From IMG/VR virus record IMGVR_UViG_3300029922_000038, positions 1-64,000 of that record: DNA of 64,000 nucleotides; one strand, given 5' to 3'. A program made the translations under genes and the position numbers. Shown here piece by piece: positions 1 through 9,362 of the stretch. Origin of the DNA: a virus. The notes beneath the pieces were generated by a model that saw nothing but the letters and a program-made list of their open reading frames with translations, did not search any database and was not told the DNA's origin. The number at the start of each line of letters is the position of its first letter. The first letter of the stretch is position 1.

Positions 1-320
1 TTGAATTAAAATTGTGAAAGTCTATAACTAATTGAGAGTTAGGGAAAGAGAGTTGATTATCTAAAGATTTACATTAACTTTTAGTATGTAAGTGATTGAT
101 GAACAGCTTCATTACCTAACTCTTACTTAGTTTTCTTATCCTACTAAAAGCACTCTCTTACTATTAATAATAACACTTTCATATTGCAAGTGTTATTTTA
201 CCAAGCTATTTCTAATACAATTTACTTGTATTATTAACATAAAACCAATAGTTTTTGCACATTCTATACAAAAATGGTGCATTCTACTCATTTTATTTAC
301 TCGTTTAATTAAACAATTTT

Positions 321-863
321 ATGAAAAACACTGAATCATCAGTAGTTTGTGCTTCTGTAGGTGAAAATACTACAAAGCCTGAATTTGACCAAGCACAACT
401 TCGTCAAACAACCACTACTTCTTATCCAACTAAGAAAGTAGGCTCTACAGTATTTGCAGAAGAAGACTTTGGTCTTCCAACCAATGATTTCGTTGGTACT
501 AAAGTAGCCTGGATTAACATTCCAAAAGGTAGTACCATTGAACAAGTTGCAGAAAATCTGGCAAAATATCCTAAGGCAAGACTTCAGAAACAACTATCCT
601 TTGAACCCATCCTAACAGATGATGACAAATGGGCTATCTCAAACATAGCAAATGTAACTGAAGAAACTTTTGCTGCTCGACAACTTGTTAAAAACAAAGA
701 CGGTGTTATCATGCTTGTTAATGGCAAGAAACAGTACAGGAAAATTGTATTCAGTGCTACTGGAGAACCAGATCTTGACTTACGTCATGCTGATGCATCT
801 ATTGCACATGTACAAGTTGCTGAACCTGCAATGGTTGAAACTACTGAAGAAGTAGTTGCTTAA
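321..863 (+). CDS. hypothetical phage protein
   Basis: 180-aa ORF, A-rich leader, followed by a strong terminator. Confidence 0.85.
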   Translation: MKNTESSVVCASVGENTTKPEFDQAQLRQTTTTSYPTKKVGSTVFAEEDFGLPTNDFVGTKVAWINIPKGSTIEQVAENLAKYPKARLQKQLSFEPILTDDDKWAISNIANVTEETFAARQLVKNKDGVIMLVNGKKQYRKIVFSATGEPDLDLRHADASIAHVQVAEPAMVETTEEVVA

Positions 864-870
864 CTAAATT

Positions 871-911
871 AGAAGTTGACTGGTAGAAATACTGGTCAAC
901 TTCTTTTTTTT
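871..911 (+). terminator. intrinsic terminator
   Basis: AGAAGTTGACTGGTA-GAAA-TACTGGTCAACTTCT hairpin plus T-tract. Confidence 0.9.
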
Positions 912-1140
912 AATTTAACCTGATAATAGATCATTATTTATTATATGTTTAAAGAGTTTGCATATCAAATCTTTTCTGTAGATAGATCAGTTAAATCTAT
1001 CAAATTTTAACTATTCTATGTATAAAATAATTATACCTCACTATATTTGGGCTAATCATACATTTAATATAGCTATAATTAGGTTGATACCTGCATAGAA
1101 TAGTTTTTTTATTACTTTAAACAAATAATACATCATTATA

Positions 1141-1305
1141 ATGAATACAATTATAAGAATACTCATATTATTAATTATTGTTTTCTCTTTTGATAATTGT
1201 TCTACTACTCATAAATGTAATAAAATACCTAAACATGGTAAATCATTACATGGAGTATGTAAACAAAATAAGAAATATGATTGGAATAATTATAACAAAT
1301 TTTAG
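1141..1305 (+). CDS. small putative lipoprotein/secreted peptide (54 aa)
   Basis: Read by hand, below track cut-off: MNTIIRILILLIIVFSFDNCSTTHKC..., hydrophobic N-terminus then Cys. Confidence 0.55.
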   Translation: MNTIIRILILLIIVFSFDNCSTTHKCNKIPKHGKSLHGVCKQNKKYDWNNYNKF

Positions 1306-1467
1306 TTAACTACAAAAATAAGTAAATAGGGGCTGATCATACCACATGTAATCGAAAAACATAGTACTTATTTTATACTATTAAGAGAAGGAAGCATGTT
1401 ATACTTCAAGTAGCATATACTTTAATGCGCTTAATAGTTTTTTATTAACATTTAAACAACAAACAAA

Positions 1468-2037
1468 ATGCATATGAAAGCAAAAGACAAAAGTAAAAGG
1501 CTACATGGAACAGTTAAGCTCATTACTATAAAAGAAGAAGATTTGAAAGAAGGTAATGATTATATTTATTATACTTTACTATCTATTAAAATAGTCAAAT
1601 TATTAGCTATATTAGAACACGAGTATGTGCAAATAGTAGATAATAAGAGTAATTCAAGTATTGAAGCTATAAGTATTTTAAAAACTCTTGTAGTTGTACC
1701 TTTACATGAAGTAGCTACTAATAGTATTCCTATCAAACAATCTCAATGGAAATATGCTATTAATGAAATAGGTAAAGAAGTTGAGTTTGTAATACAAGAT
1801 AAATTTCCAACTAAAGAAGAATGGAATAAATTACCCGATGATGGTAAATCTTATTTAAAATCTTATAAACAAGCTAAAATCATTTCTTCAAAAGTTAATA
1901 AAGCTCAAGAAAGATATGAAAAAGCTATTAAAGAATTTAATGAAATACTTGATTATATAGAAGATGAAAATCCTCTTGAAGTAATAAGTAGAAATATAGT
2001 TAATATTCTTAAAATAGCAGCAGGAATAGAAGAATGA
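1468..2037 (+). CDS. hypothetical protein
   Basis: 189-aa ORF with TTTAAACAACAAACAAA leader. Confidence 0.8.
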   Translation: MHMKAKDKSKRLHGTVKLITIKEEDLKEGNDYIYYTLLSIKIVKLLAILEHEYVQIVDNKSNSSIEAISILKTLVVVPLHEVATNSIPIKQSQWKYAINEIGKEVEFVIQDKFPTKEEWNKLPDDGKSYLKSYKQAKIISSKVNKAQERYEKAIKEFNEILDYIEDENPLEVISRNIVNILKIAAGIEE

Positions 2038-2222
2038 AGACTTTTTTATTAGTGTTTTATAGGGATTGTGAGATAGGAAATATATTGAATACCTATTAAA
2101 CTAAGCTTGTCTTAGCGTCACCTATAACTCTAACTAATATAAATACGCCCAAATTTGTATATTTATTAGGCTATAAATATTAGAAATATACATTTTTTAA
2201 CAATTTTAAACAAACAAAAACA

Positions 2223-2456
2223 ATGATAACAACAATAATTTTATGTATTTGTATTATACTATCAGTAAATACATTTAGATTTTTATTAACTTATTTACTT
2301 CAATCTTATTTTTATTATATATGTTTACCAGATTTATCTAAATTACATAATAGAGACAAGTTTGAAGAAATATATAAAAGTAACTTCAATGCTTTTATAA
2401 TATGGTTATTTATAGTTTCTATTCTTTGGTCAATATTCTATTATTTAACTCATTAA
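2223..2456 (+). CDS. small membrane protein
   Basis: Two hydrophobic segments; A-rich leader. Confidence 0.7.
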   Translation: MITTIILCICIILSVNTFRFLLTYLLQSYFYYICLPDLSKLHNRDKFEEIYKSNFNAFIIWLFIVSILWSIFYYLTH

Positions 2457-2481
2457 TTATAACTTTTAAATAAACAAAAAC

Positions 2482-2706
2482 ATGGAAATATATAAAGAAG
2501 TAGTTACAGTAAGATTTTTATCTAAAGTAGTTAATGCAAACACAAAATTTACAAGAACTTATTGGGTAGAAGAAAAAGCTATAAATTGGTCTATTGGGAG
2601 AGTAGCTACAACACATAATAAGAATGGAAAATATGTAACTCCTGAATTATTTAAAGAACTTGAAGATAATTATCAACTTACAATTAAAAAAACAATAATT
2701 ATATGA
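2482..2706 (+). CDS. hypothetical protein
   Basis: A-rich leader; ATGA overlap with next gene. Confidence 0.75.
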   Translation: MEIYKEVVTVRFLSKVVNANTKFTRTYWVEEKAINWSIGRVATTHNKNGKYVTPELFKELEDNYQLTIKKTIII

Positions 2707-3212
2707 ATTTTGCTGAATATTTTTGTGAATTGAGTGTATTAGAACAACTAAGATTTGGAAGCTCTATGCTTGGTAAAACAAAAGAAGAGATAAAAGAAAT
2801 ACATAATAATATGGAGACTAAAAGATTAATTCTTAATTCTATACAATGTAAACATTGTTTAGATATAATAACTTCACATTCTGTTCATGATTATGTTACA
2901 TGTAAATGTGGTAAAGTATCAACAGATGGAGGGTTAGAATATCAACATATATCCTTTACTTCTAAGCTTGATTTTAAGAATTTAGCTGTATATTCAACTG
3001 ATACATTTGATAAAATAAGAGAATCATTTTCTTGGGGATCATATGGTAAATCAGGTAAAGAAGAAAAACATTGGATAATACTTAAAGATATGTCTGATAA
3101 TCATATTAAAGCTATCTTAATTACTCAAAAACAAATATCTGATTTTATTAGAAATTTGTTTATTAAAGAACAACAATATAGAAAAGATAATAATATAACA
3201 ATTAAAGAATAA
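2703..3212 (+). CDS. putative zinc-binding phage protein
   Basis: CKHC...HDYVTCKCG..STDGG motif. Confidence 0.75.
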   Translation: MNFAEYFCELSVLEQLRFGSSMLGKTKEEIKEIHNNMETKRLILNSIQCKHCLDIITSHSVHDYVTCKCGKVSTDGGLEYQHISFTSKLDFKNLAVYSTDTFDKIRESFSWGSYGKSGKEEKHWIILKDMSDNHIKAILITQKQISDFIRNLFIKEQQYRKDNNITIKE

Positions 3213-3216
3213 CTAT

Positions 3217-3348
3217 ATGAAAGTAAAAAATACATATAAACAAGTACCAAAGAATTACAAACCTTCTCAAACAGAAGAAAAAGTAATGAAAATATTAGTA
3301 TGTATGGCTATCCTAATGATATTGGGTAGTATTCTATCTAATATATAA
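3217..3348 (+). CDS. small membrane peptide (43 aa)
   Basis: Read by hand: MKVKNTYKQ...ILVCMAILMILGSILSNI. Confidence 0.55.
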   Translation: MKVKNTYKQVPKNYKPSQTEEKVMKILVCMAILMILGSILSNI

Positions 3349-3457
3349 GAAATATCTCTTTAAGGGAGTTATAACTGTTTTCATAAAACAATTGCTTTGT
3401 AAATTTACATAGAAATCTACATTTTTAACTTTAAATAACAATAAACAAAATAAACAA

Positions 3458-3775
3458 ATGAAACAAATTAAATTCTTAATACTACTATTTGTAGTAATGA
3501 TTGGATTATCTTCATGTGGTGAAGGACAAAATTCAAAAGCAATGTATATGGATAATAATAAGATTGTGATTATACATCATGCAAGAATAGACTCTATTAA
3601 AGCTCCATACAATATAGAGAAACTTGATAGTTTAGATATTACGCAAAGTAATTATAAAACTTTAAAAAGTGATTATCAATACTATTATGATGGGGATGCT
3701 GTTTTTCCAATAGTGTTAGGATGGATATTAGTAATAATTCTAATTATTGTATTGTTAGCAGTAGATGTAGAATGA
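3458..3775 (+). CDS. putative lipoprotein with C-terminal TM helix
   Basis: Signal peptide with LSSC lipobox; hydrophobic C-terminus. Confidence 0.75.
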   Translation: MKQIKFLILLFVVMIGLSSCGEGQNSKAMYMDNNKIVIIHHARIDSIKAPYNIEKLDSLDITQSNYKTLKSDYQYYYDGDAVFPIVLGWILVIILIIVLLAVDVE

Positions 3776-4144
3776 AGACATTAATTATAAGACTTGGAAG
3801 TAGAACTTATCAAGTAAAATTATAAAAGGATAGATATTAGAGTAATAATTGACAAGTAATACGTGGTTAGTTCTACTTGTACCATGAGTAATTAAGCCTT
3901 TAAGATGCTATCTGAATCCATTTAAGGTTCTGTATTATTAAACACAAAGTACAAGTGGTAATTTAAGTGTAAAACTAAGCCATGTATAATAATTATCTAC
4001 TAAGTAGATGTATGTTATAAGACAATCTAAAGACTATATTATATGTACATATCAATATAGGTGAGTCAACATCTTGCAAAGACTTAAATTATATAATACA
4101 GAACCTATGAATGGTTATTTTTAAACTTTAAACAATAAAAACAA

Positions 4145-4438
4145 ATGAATACAGAAGATACTAATAAAATCCTTAATTGGATTAAAGAAGAAAGAGAAAA
4201 AATAACATCTCTTGAAAATATGGTTACTAAAGAAGTAGAATCAATATGTAAAAATTGTAAATATTGGTCATATAATAAAAATATAAATAAGAAACAATTT
4301 TCAGATTGTGATGGATTTAATTCCTCTGTGTCAGATGGTAAAGTTGATATAGAACTTCATGCTCTTGATGATTCTGGATTATATTCTGTAGTATATACAC
4401 ATGAATCATTTGGTTGTAATTTATTTCAATCTGAATAA
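4145..4438 (+). CDS. hypothetical Cys-rich protein
   Basis: CKNCKYW...FGCNLF. Confidence 0.75.
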   Translation: MNTEDTNKILNWIKEEREKITSLENMVTKEVESICKNCKYWSYNKNINKKQFSDCDGFNSSVSDGKVDIELHALDDSGLYSVVYTHESFGCNLFQSE

Positions 4439-4440
4439 TT

Positions 4441-4677
4441 ATGGAAGAATTATTTAAAATAGGAGATATAGTAATTATAACTGAATTTCATGGTGGAGAT
4501 AAAGTAGGTACTACAACTGAAATATTAGAATGTGGAGGCTATTGCCCTTCTGCTAATGAAAATCAAATGACAGGTTCTTATGGATATTGGTTAAAACCAA
4601 TAGAAGAAGAATTTGATGAAAAAGGTGTACCTGTTAAGGCATATTATCAAACACAAGAAACTATTCAAAAAATATAA
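4441..4677 (+). CDS. hypothetical protein
   Basis: FKIGDIVII SH3/KOW-like start; tight gene packing. Confidence 0.75.
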   Translation: MEELFKIGDIVIITEFHGGDKVGTTTEILECGGYCPSANENQMTGSYGYWLKPIEEEFDEKGVPVKAYYQTQETIQKI

Positions 4678-4682
4678 GATGT

Positions 4683-5480
4683 ATGAAAACTATTAAAAGT
4701 ATGCAAAAGGTTAGCACTGGAGAAATATTTTCAGTACTAATAACTGGTAATAACTGTAATTGGAACAATAACCACAATTGGGAAGTTGATAAAATGTTTA
4801 CTTTACCTTCTTCCTGGAAAGTTATCTATGAGGATGGTATACAAATTCCTGAAGGATGGAGATTATTAAAAATAGGAGAGATTAAATCTAAAGGGGATAG
4901 ATATGTACAAGATAGTGAAATAAAAGGTAGTAAAAATTTAGATTATTGGAATATTACTAATGATATAGGTATGAGTATAGAAAAAAGACATAAATATATC
5001 AGAAAAATAGAAACTACTGACTATCCTGTACTTACTAAAGAAACTGCTATTAACCCAAGAAGAGTTACAATAGATAATTGTAAAGTAGGAGATAAAGTAA
5101 TTCCAGGTAAAGATTTAACTTTAGATAATGTTTATAAAGAAACATTAGAAATATTTAAATATGAAACAAGAATTACTAAAATGAATTATGATACAGTTTG
5201 GATAGAAAATCTATATGGACAGTCTTGTATTTTAATGATTGGTAGAAACCAACATATTGATAAAGAACTTCTTTTATTCTTAGAAGATAAACAAGAATTA
5301 CAAACAAGTCACAATTTTAAAAACAATAATAATATTAAAAATGGAAACAAAGCTATCGTATATCCAGTTGTTGCAACTATCAGACAAGGAAAAAGAATTA
5401 CAGGACATCCAATATCTGGCAGCACAAGGAAATCTTCAATTACAAGCAGACATATTAGCTACAAACCAAGAACTTATTGA
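4683..5480 (+). CDS. hypothetical protein with one PEG(W/Y) repeat module
   Basis: 265-aa ORF; IPEGWRLLKIGE...GD...W...YIRKIE. Confidence 0.8.
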   Translation: MKTIKSMQKVSTGEIFSVLITGNNCNWNNNHNWEVDKMFTLPSSWKVIYEDGIQIPEGWRLLKIGEIKSKGDRYVQDSEIKGSKNLDYWNITNDIGMSIEKRHKYIRKIETTDYPVLTKETAINPRRVTIDNCKVGDKVIPGKDLTLDNVYKETLEIFKYETRITKMNYDTVWIENLYGQSCILMIGRNQHIDKELLLFLEDKQELQTSHNFKNNNNIKNGNKAIVYPVVATIRQGKRITGHPISGSTRKSSITSRHISYKPRTY

Positions 5481-5643
5481 AGCTAATCAAAGGTTATCAA
5501 ATTCAAAAGGAGCATTTCCTTTTAATTCTCAAAATATTCTAAATGCACAAGCAGATGTAGAATCAGCAACCAATGGTTTAGCTGCACTTAATGCTTTGCA
5601 AACAGAATTATTTCCAACTGTTACTACTGATGTAGCAGCTTAA
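5341..5643 (+). CDS. hypothetical helical protein
   Basis: 100 aa, overlaps upstream gene by 140 nt, followed by hairpin. Confidence 0.75.
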   Translation: METKLSYIQLLQLSDKEKELQDIQYLAAQGNLQLQADILATNQELIEANQRLSNSKGAFPFNSQNILNAQADVESATNGLAALNALQTELFPTVTTDVAA

Positions 5644-5662
5644 ATCAATCAATTATAATGAA

Positions 5663-5692
5663 GGTAGGGTATATAGTAAAATATATACTCTA
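5663..5692 (+). terminator. stem-loop (possible terminator or processing site)
   Basis: GTAGGGTATATA / TATATACTCTAC inverted repeat, no clear T-tract. Confidence 0.5.
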
Positions 5693-5720
5693 CCAAAGTT
5701 ATAATATAAATAATATAATT

Positions 5721-6149
5721 ATGAAATTAGATAAAAATCAAGTATCTGCAATTGCTAATAAAGTATTTACAGAACTTAATAAACCATATAAAGATAAATA
5801 TGGAGAATTGTATAATAAAAATGGATATGTAAAAAATCCAATTATTGTAAAATTGACTTTAGAAGATAAGAAATTAATAGAAGAGTATAGAAAAGTAAGT
5901 CTTAAAATAAATGCTAAATATCAAAAACCAGGTTTAGCAGATATAATTCAAGCTTCTACTATTCAACTTGAAAATAATATTAAAGGTAGAGTATCTCAAG
6001 AAATTACTAAAAAACAAAATGAGTTATTAAATAATCTATTACCTAAAGTAACAAGAGATCAAATAGAAGATGAAATATTTTTATCAATTATTGAAGGCGA
6101 TATTAAAGTAGAAAATTTAATAGCAAAACTTGTAAAACAATTTAAATAA
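5721..6149 (+). CDS. hypothetical protein
   Basis: Track ORF 5658..6149; start moved to ATG 5721, downstream of the hairpin. Confidence 0.75.
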   Translation: MKLDKNQVSAIANKVFTELNKPYKDKYGELYNKNGYVKNPIIVKLTLEDKKLIEEYRKVSLKINAKYQKPGLADIIQASTIQLENNIKGRVSQEITKKQNELLNNLLPKVTRDQIEDEIFLSIIEGDIKVENLIAKLVKQFK

Positions 6150-6157
6150 TATATTAT

Positions 6158-6325
6158 ATGGAAACTATAAAAGCTCTTATACAAGGAACTACTAATGATT
6201 ATGGTTTCTATAAAGTATATTATAACAAACAAAATGAAGTAAGATTTATTACTACTAAAGGAAAGATTGTAGTAGTAAATTCTTTACTTCATAAATATTT
6301 ATTTAAACAATTAAACAACAAATAA
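6158..6325 (+). CDS. small hypothetical protein (55 aa)
   Basis: Read by hand: METIKALIQGTTNDYGFY...; fills gap exactly. Confidence 0.65.
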   Translation: METIKALIQGTTNDYGFYKVYYNKQNEVRFITTKGKIVVVNSLLHKYLFKQLNNK

Positions 6326-6517
6326 ATGAGTAGACAACATAGAACTGCAAGAAATATAAATGGAGCTATATTAGATAATTATATATATGCACAAACACAA
6401 TGTCATATAGATAATAGAATATGTAATAAGTCTACATTTTTACAAAAGAAACTTATTACTAATATTAATAAAGGTATTAGGGATAAAAACTGGAAATTAA
6501 AACATTCAATTAATTAA
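6326..6517 (+). CDS. hypothetical protein
   Basis: Abuts upstream stop; A-rich leader. Confidence 0.65.
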   Translation: MSRQHRTARNINGAILDNYIYAQTQCHIDNRICNKSTFLQKKLITNINKGIRDKNWKLKHSIN

Positions 6518-6536
6518 CTTTTAAATAAACAACAAA

Positions 6537-6779
6537 ATGGAAGAAATTAAAAAGGTCTATTATGACCAAGCAGTAACTGAATATAAATGGAATAATCAGT
6601 CAAGAACTGAAACTCCAACCTTTATATCTGTTAGTCCTAAGAAACATCTTAGGGAAACTGAATTAGGATATGTAAATACTTCTGATAGAAGGTTTTTCAG
6701 AGATAGAAAGAATAATATTCTTTTTCATCCAATGATTAGTACAGTAATTAAACAAACACTTCATCAAATTAAGCATTAA
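6537..6779 (+). CDS. hypothetical protein
   Basis: A-rich leader. Confidence 0.7.
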   Translation: MEEIKKVYYDQAVTEYKWNNQSRTETPTFISVSPKKHLRETELGYVNTSDRRFFRDRKNNILFHPMISTVIKQTLHQIKH

Positions 6780-6801
6780 ACAATATTAAATACTTTAAAC
6801 A

Positions 6802-6924
6802 ATGAATGAATTAGAAGAACAAATTAGAACTATGTCAACTGAAGAATTACTTGAATTACATACTTTTGTAACTGAAGAACTTCAGTCAAGAAAGGATTAT
6901 CTTGCAGATGAAGATGATGATTAA
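6802..6924 (+). CDS. small acidic protein (40 aa)
   Basis: Read by hand: MNELEEQIRTMSTEELLELHTFVTEELQSRKDYLADEDDD. Confidence 0.65.
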   Translation: MNELEEQIRTMSTEELLELHTFVTEELQSRKDYLADEDDD

Positions 6925-6940
6925 ATAAATTTAGGGATAG

Positions 6941-6971
6941 TTGGTAATTTCATCAACTATCTCTATCTTTG
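6941..6971 (+). promoter_or_regulatory. Bacteroidota primary-sigma promoter for tmRNA/tRNA
   Basis: TTG-N20-TATCTTTG fits TTTG-N19/21-TAnnTTTG; overlaps a hairpin. Confidence 0.7.
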
Positions 6972-6985
6972 TAAACTAAAATAAT

Positions 6986-7334
6986 GGGGATGATATTGGA
7001 TTTGACAGTATTCAAAGGATAAATTTTGATATGCGTAGTTTAATAAATACTACTAAAACAGTATTAAAAGTCTTAATTGACAAATCATTAGTAAGTAAAT
7101 TAGCTGCTGAAGCAGTTGCTAATTGCAATTCAGATTCCAGAATCTATAAAACTGGCACTGTTGTAGAAACAGAAGCTTTTGAATTAGTAGCTTAAACTAA
7201 TTTAATCCTCTACTATACAGAGTAAGGTATAGATAGGTTTTGTAAATTTCTTAGCTTAAAAATTTATAAGAAGCATATTAATCCAAAATTAAAGTATGTT
7301 TATCTGGACCTGGGGTCGCAGCCCAGCATCTCCA
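6986..7334 (+). ncRNA. ssrA: tmRNA
   Basis: 5' GGGGATGATATTGGATTTGAC; acceptor stem GGGGATG/CATCTCC with G3.U Ala determinant and A discriminator; T arm CTGGG/CCCAG; P2 helix; pseudoknots; tag frame ending ...AFELVA-stop at 7195. Confidence 0.93.
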
Positions 7335-7371
7335 CTACAATTTATTGATAATTAATATATTATCAATAAAC

Positions 7372-7443
7372 AGTCTATTAGTTTAATGGTTAGAATAGGG
7401 GATTGTCTATCCCTTGATGAGAGTTCGATTCTCTCATAGACTG
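7372..7443 (+). tRNA. tRNA-Asp(GTC)
   Basis: Acceptor AGTCTAT/ATAGACT, D arm, anticodon loop TTGTCTA, T arm GAGAG-TTCGATT-CTCTC, G discriminator; CCA not encoded. Confidence 0.93.
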
Positions 7444-7581
7444 CAAAATTAGTCATTTGCGTAAGAATAAATAACTAAACAAAATAGGATGCTTGTGAAT
7501 ATTAACAATAAACAAGCGTAAAACAATTGCGATATGACATCCTATTTTTTAACTTTTAAACAATTTTAAATAACAAATATT

Positions 7582-7866
7582 ATGACAAAGAAAACTAAAG
7601 TAAAACCACAAGAAGGAGTAAATCTAACTCCTCAAAGATTAGATGATGAATCTTTTGAAGACTATCAAAAGAGAAGAGCCTATAATACTAAATGGACTAA
7701 ATGGAAATTAAGAGGTAACATTGTATGGATTTCTAAAAGATTAATCTTTAAGAAACATGAAGATGGAACTGTTGATAAAATTCCTGTAGGTTTCCAATTA
7801 GTACAAGGGCAGTTTATTACTAAAAGAGATGCTAAATATAGTGATTATGGACAGCTCCTTAATTAA
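7582..7866 (+). CDS. hypothetical protein
   Basis: PQRLDDESFEDYQKRR motif; A-rich leader. Confidence 0.8.
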   Translation: MTKKTKVKPQEGVNLTPQRLDDESFEDYQKRRAYNTKWTKWKLRGNIVWISKRLIFKKHEDGTVDKIPVGFQLVQGQFITKRDAKYSDYGQLLN

Positions 7867-8101
7867 TGAAGTAAATCTTAAAATAATGAATAGCTCTTCT
7901 GGTAAAACAAAAGAGCTATTTATTCCTATTATTTTTTATGATAATAAAAATATGGCAAGAAACTTACCTTCTAAATATGGCAGAGTAGAGACATTAGACA
8001 AAAATGGTGTTATGGAAATACAAATATTTAATAATTCTTGGTTTTCAAAAGATTATGATAAGAAAGTAATAGCTTGGAGATATATAAATAATAATTTATG
8101 A
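7847..8101 (+). CDS. hypothetical protein
   Basis: Track ORF 7829..8101, ATG 7847; ends VIAWRY. Confidence 0.65.
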   Translation: MDSSLINEVNLKIMNSSSGKTKELFIPIIFYDNKNMARNLPSKYGRVETLDKNGVMEIQIFNNSWFSKDYDKKVIAWRYINNNL

Positions 8102-8373
8102 AAGCATTTCAATTAGGACATTATTATATTAATGAAACTGTACCAGATACTGTTTATAAAACTACTAATAGTAAAATATCAAATAGGGTATCTGTAATCT
8201 GGGAAGTAACAAAAGATCAATTAGGTTTAACTAAAGGAGAAATTGGTCAATTATTACAGTCTTTAAAAATTAAAACTGATTTTAGAGAAGCTACTAAAGA
8301 AGAAATAGAACAATGTTCTATTAAATTTAAACAAATAACATCAGTATTGGAATTAGAAAATATAAATAAATAA
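8098..8373 (+). CDS. hypothetical protein
   Basis: FREATKEEI motif; ATGA overlap. Confidence 0.75.
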   Translation: MKAFQLGHYYINETVPDTVYKTTNSKISNRVSVIWEVTKDQLGLTKGEIGQLLQSLKIKTDFREATKEEIEQCSIKFKQITSVLELENINK

Positions 8374-8378
8374 AAATT

Positions 8379-9227
8379 ATGAAAATAGAAATTAATATAG
8401 ATAATATACCAGAAGATATTCAAGATTTTGCTAATATCTTTTGTAAATCTTTTGAAAAAGAATTAGATAAACAAAAAAAAGAAATCCCTTCTGGAATAAA
8501 ATTAGTACATAAAGACAATATAATTTCAAATCCTGGTTATGGATATTACTTTCTTAAAACTGGAGACAAGATAGAGAATAATGATTCTTTTTATTTTCAT
8601 AAAAATTGGGAACCTTGTTCTAATAGTAATATTACAAAAATATACCATCCTGATATTTACCTATTACATAGAAGAGCTATTCCTATTCCAACTGATTATA
8701 TATTAGTACCAGAAGGAGATGAAATACATTCTGATTATATGTGTATTAATCCTACAATAGATAATATTTGGACTAAATTAGATAAAGATTGTTGTAGAAG
8801 AATGTTATCTGGATATACTTATTGTAAACCAATTAAAAAAATATTTGATAGAACATGGTTTTTAAATGGTTGTCGTAAAACAAATATTTTAATTAATACA
8901 GATACTCCAGAAGAAGCTAATAAATTTAATAAATGGTTCTATAAAAACGAAGGTAAATTAAGGGCACTTCAAATATTAGAAGATAAAATAGCAGAAAAAA
9001 ATGGACATTGGAAACCTATTTTTGATAGAAATAATATGCCAGCTAAGTATTTATTTTCTTATGAGTATTTAAATAGTGAATCTACTTATGCTACTATTAA
9101 AATAAATTTAGTAAATTATTTACATGACTGCTCTAATTCTTTATATTTTAAATCTAAAGAAGTAGGATTAGAACTAATTGAAGAACTTGGAGAAGAATTT
9201 ATCAGGCAAGCTCTTGGGTTTGAATAA
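8379..9227 (+). CDS. hypothetical protein with two repeat modules
   Basis: 282-aa ORF. Confidence 0.8.
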   Translation: MKIEINIDNIPEDIQDFANIFCKSFEKELDKQKKEIPSGIKLVHKDNIISNPGYGYYFLKTGDKIENNDSFYFHKNWEPCSNSNITKIYHPDIYLLHRRAIPIPTDYILVPEGDEIHSDYMCINPTIDNIWTKLDKDCCRRMLSGYTYCKPIKKIFDRTWFLNGCRKTNILINTDTPEEANKFNKWFYKNEGKLRALQILEDKIAEKNGHWKPIFDRNNMPAKYLFSYEYLNSESTYATIKINLVNYLHDCSNSLYFKSKEVGLELIEELGEEFIRQALGFE

Positions 9228-9295
9228 TTTAATACAGTTTTATACCTTTCTGTATAAAAAAAAGGGTATTTTCGTAAACCTGTTGTTTAAAGTTG

Positions 9296-9334
9296 AGTTA
9301 CACCTATCTATAATAGGGTAGGTGTAACTTTTTT
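9296..9334 (+). terminator. intrinsic terminator
   Basis: AGTTACACCTATCT / GGGTAGGTGTAACT stem plus T-tract. Confidence 0.85.
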
Positions 9335-9362
9335 AAACTAATAATATGATAAATAACAATTT

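Noticed and set aside
1325-1365. Hammerhead ribozyme (CTGATCA...CGAAA)
   Set aside because: Core deviates from CTGANGA and the three stems cannot be formed
3862-3908. Pistol ribozyme resemblance (CGTGGTTAG...TTAAGCC..TAAG)
   Set aside because: Required pseudoknot pairing and P2/P3 are not supported
9232-9269. preQ1-I riboswitch call
   Set aside because: Topology similar but ligand-binding consensus absent and no queuosine gene downstream; kept only as a generic pseudoknot
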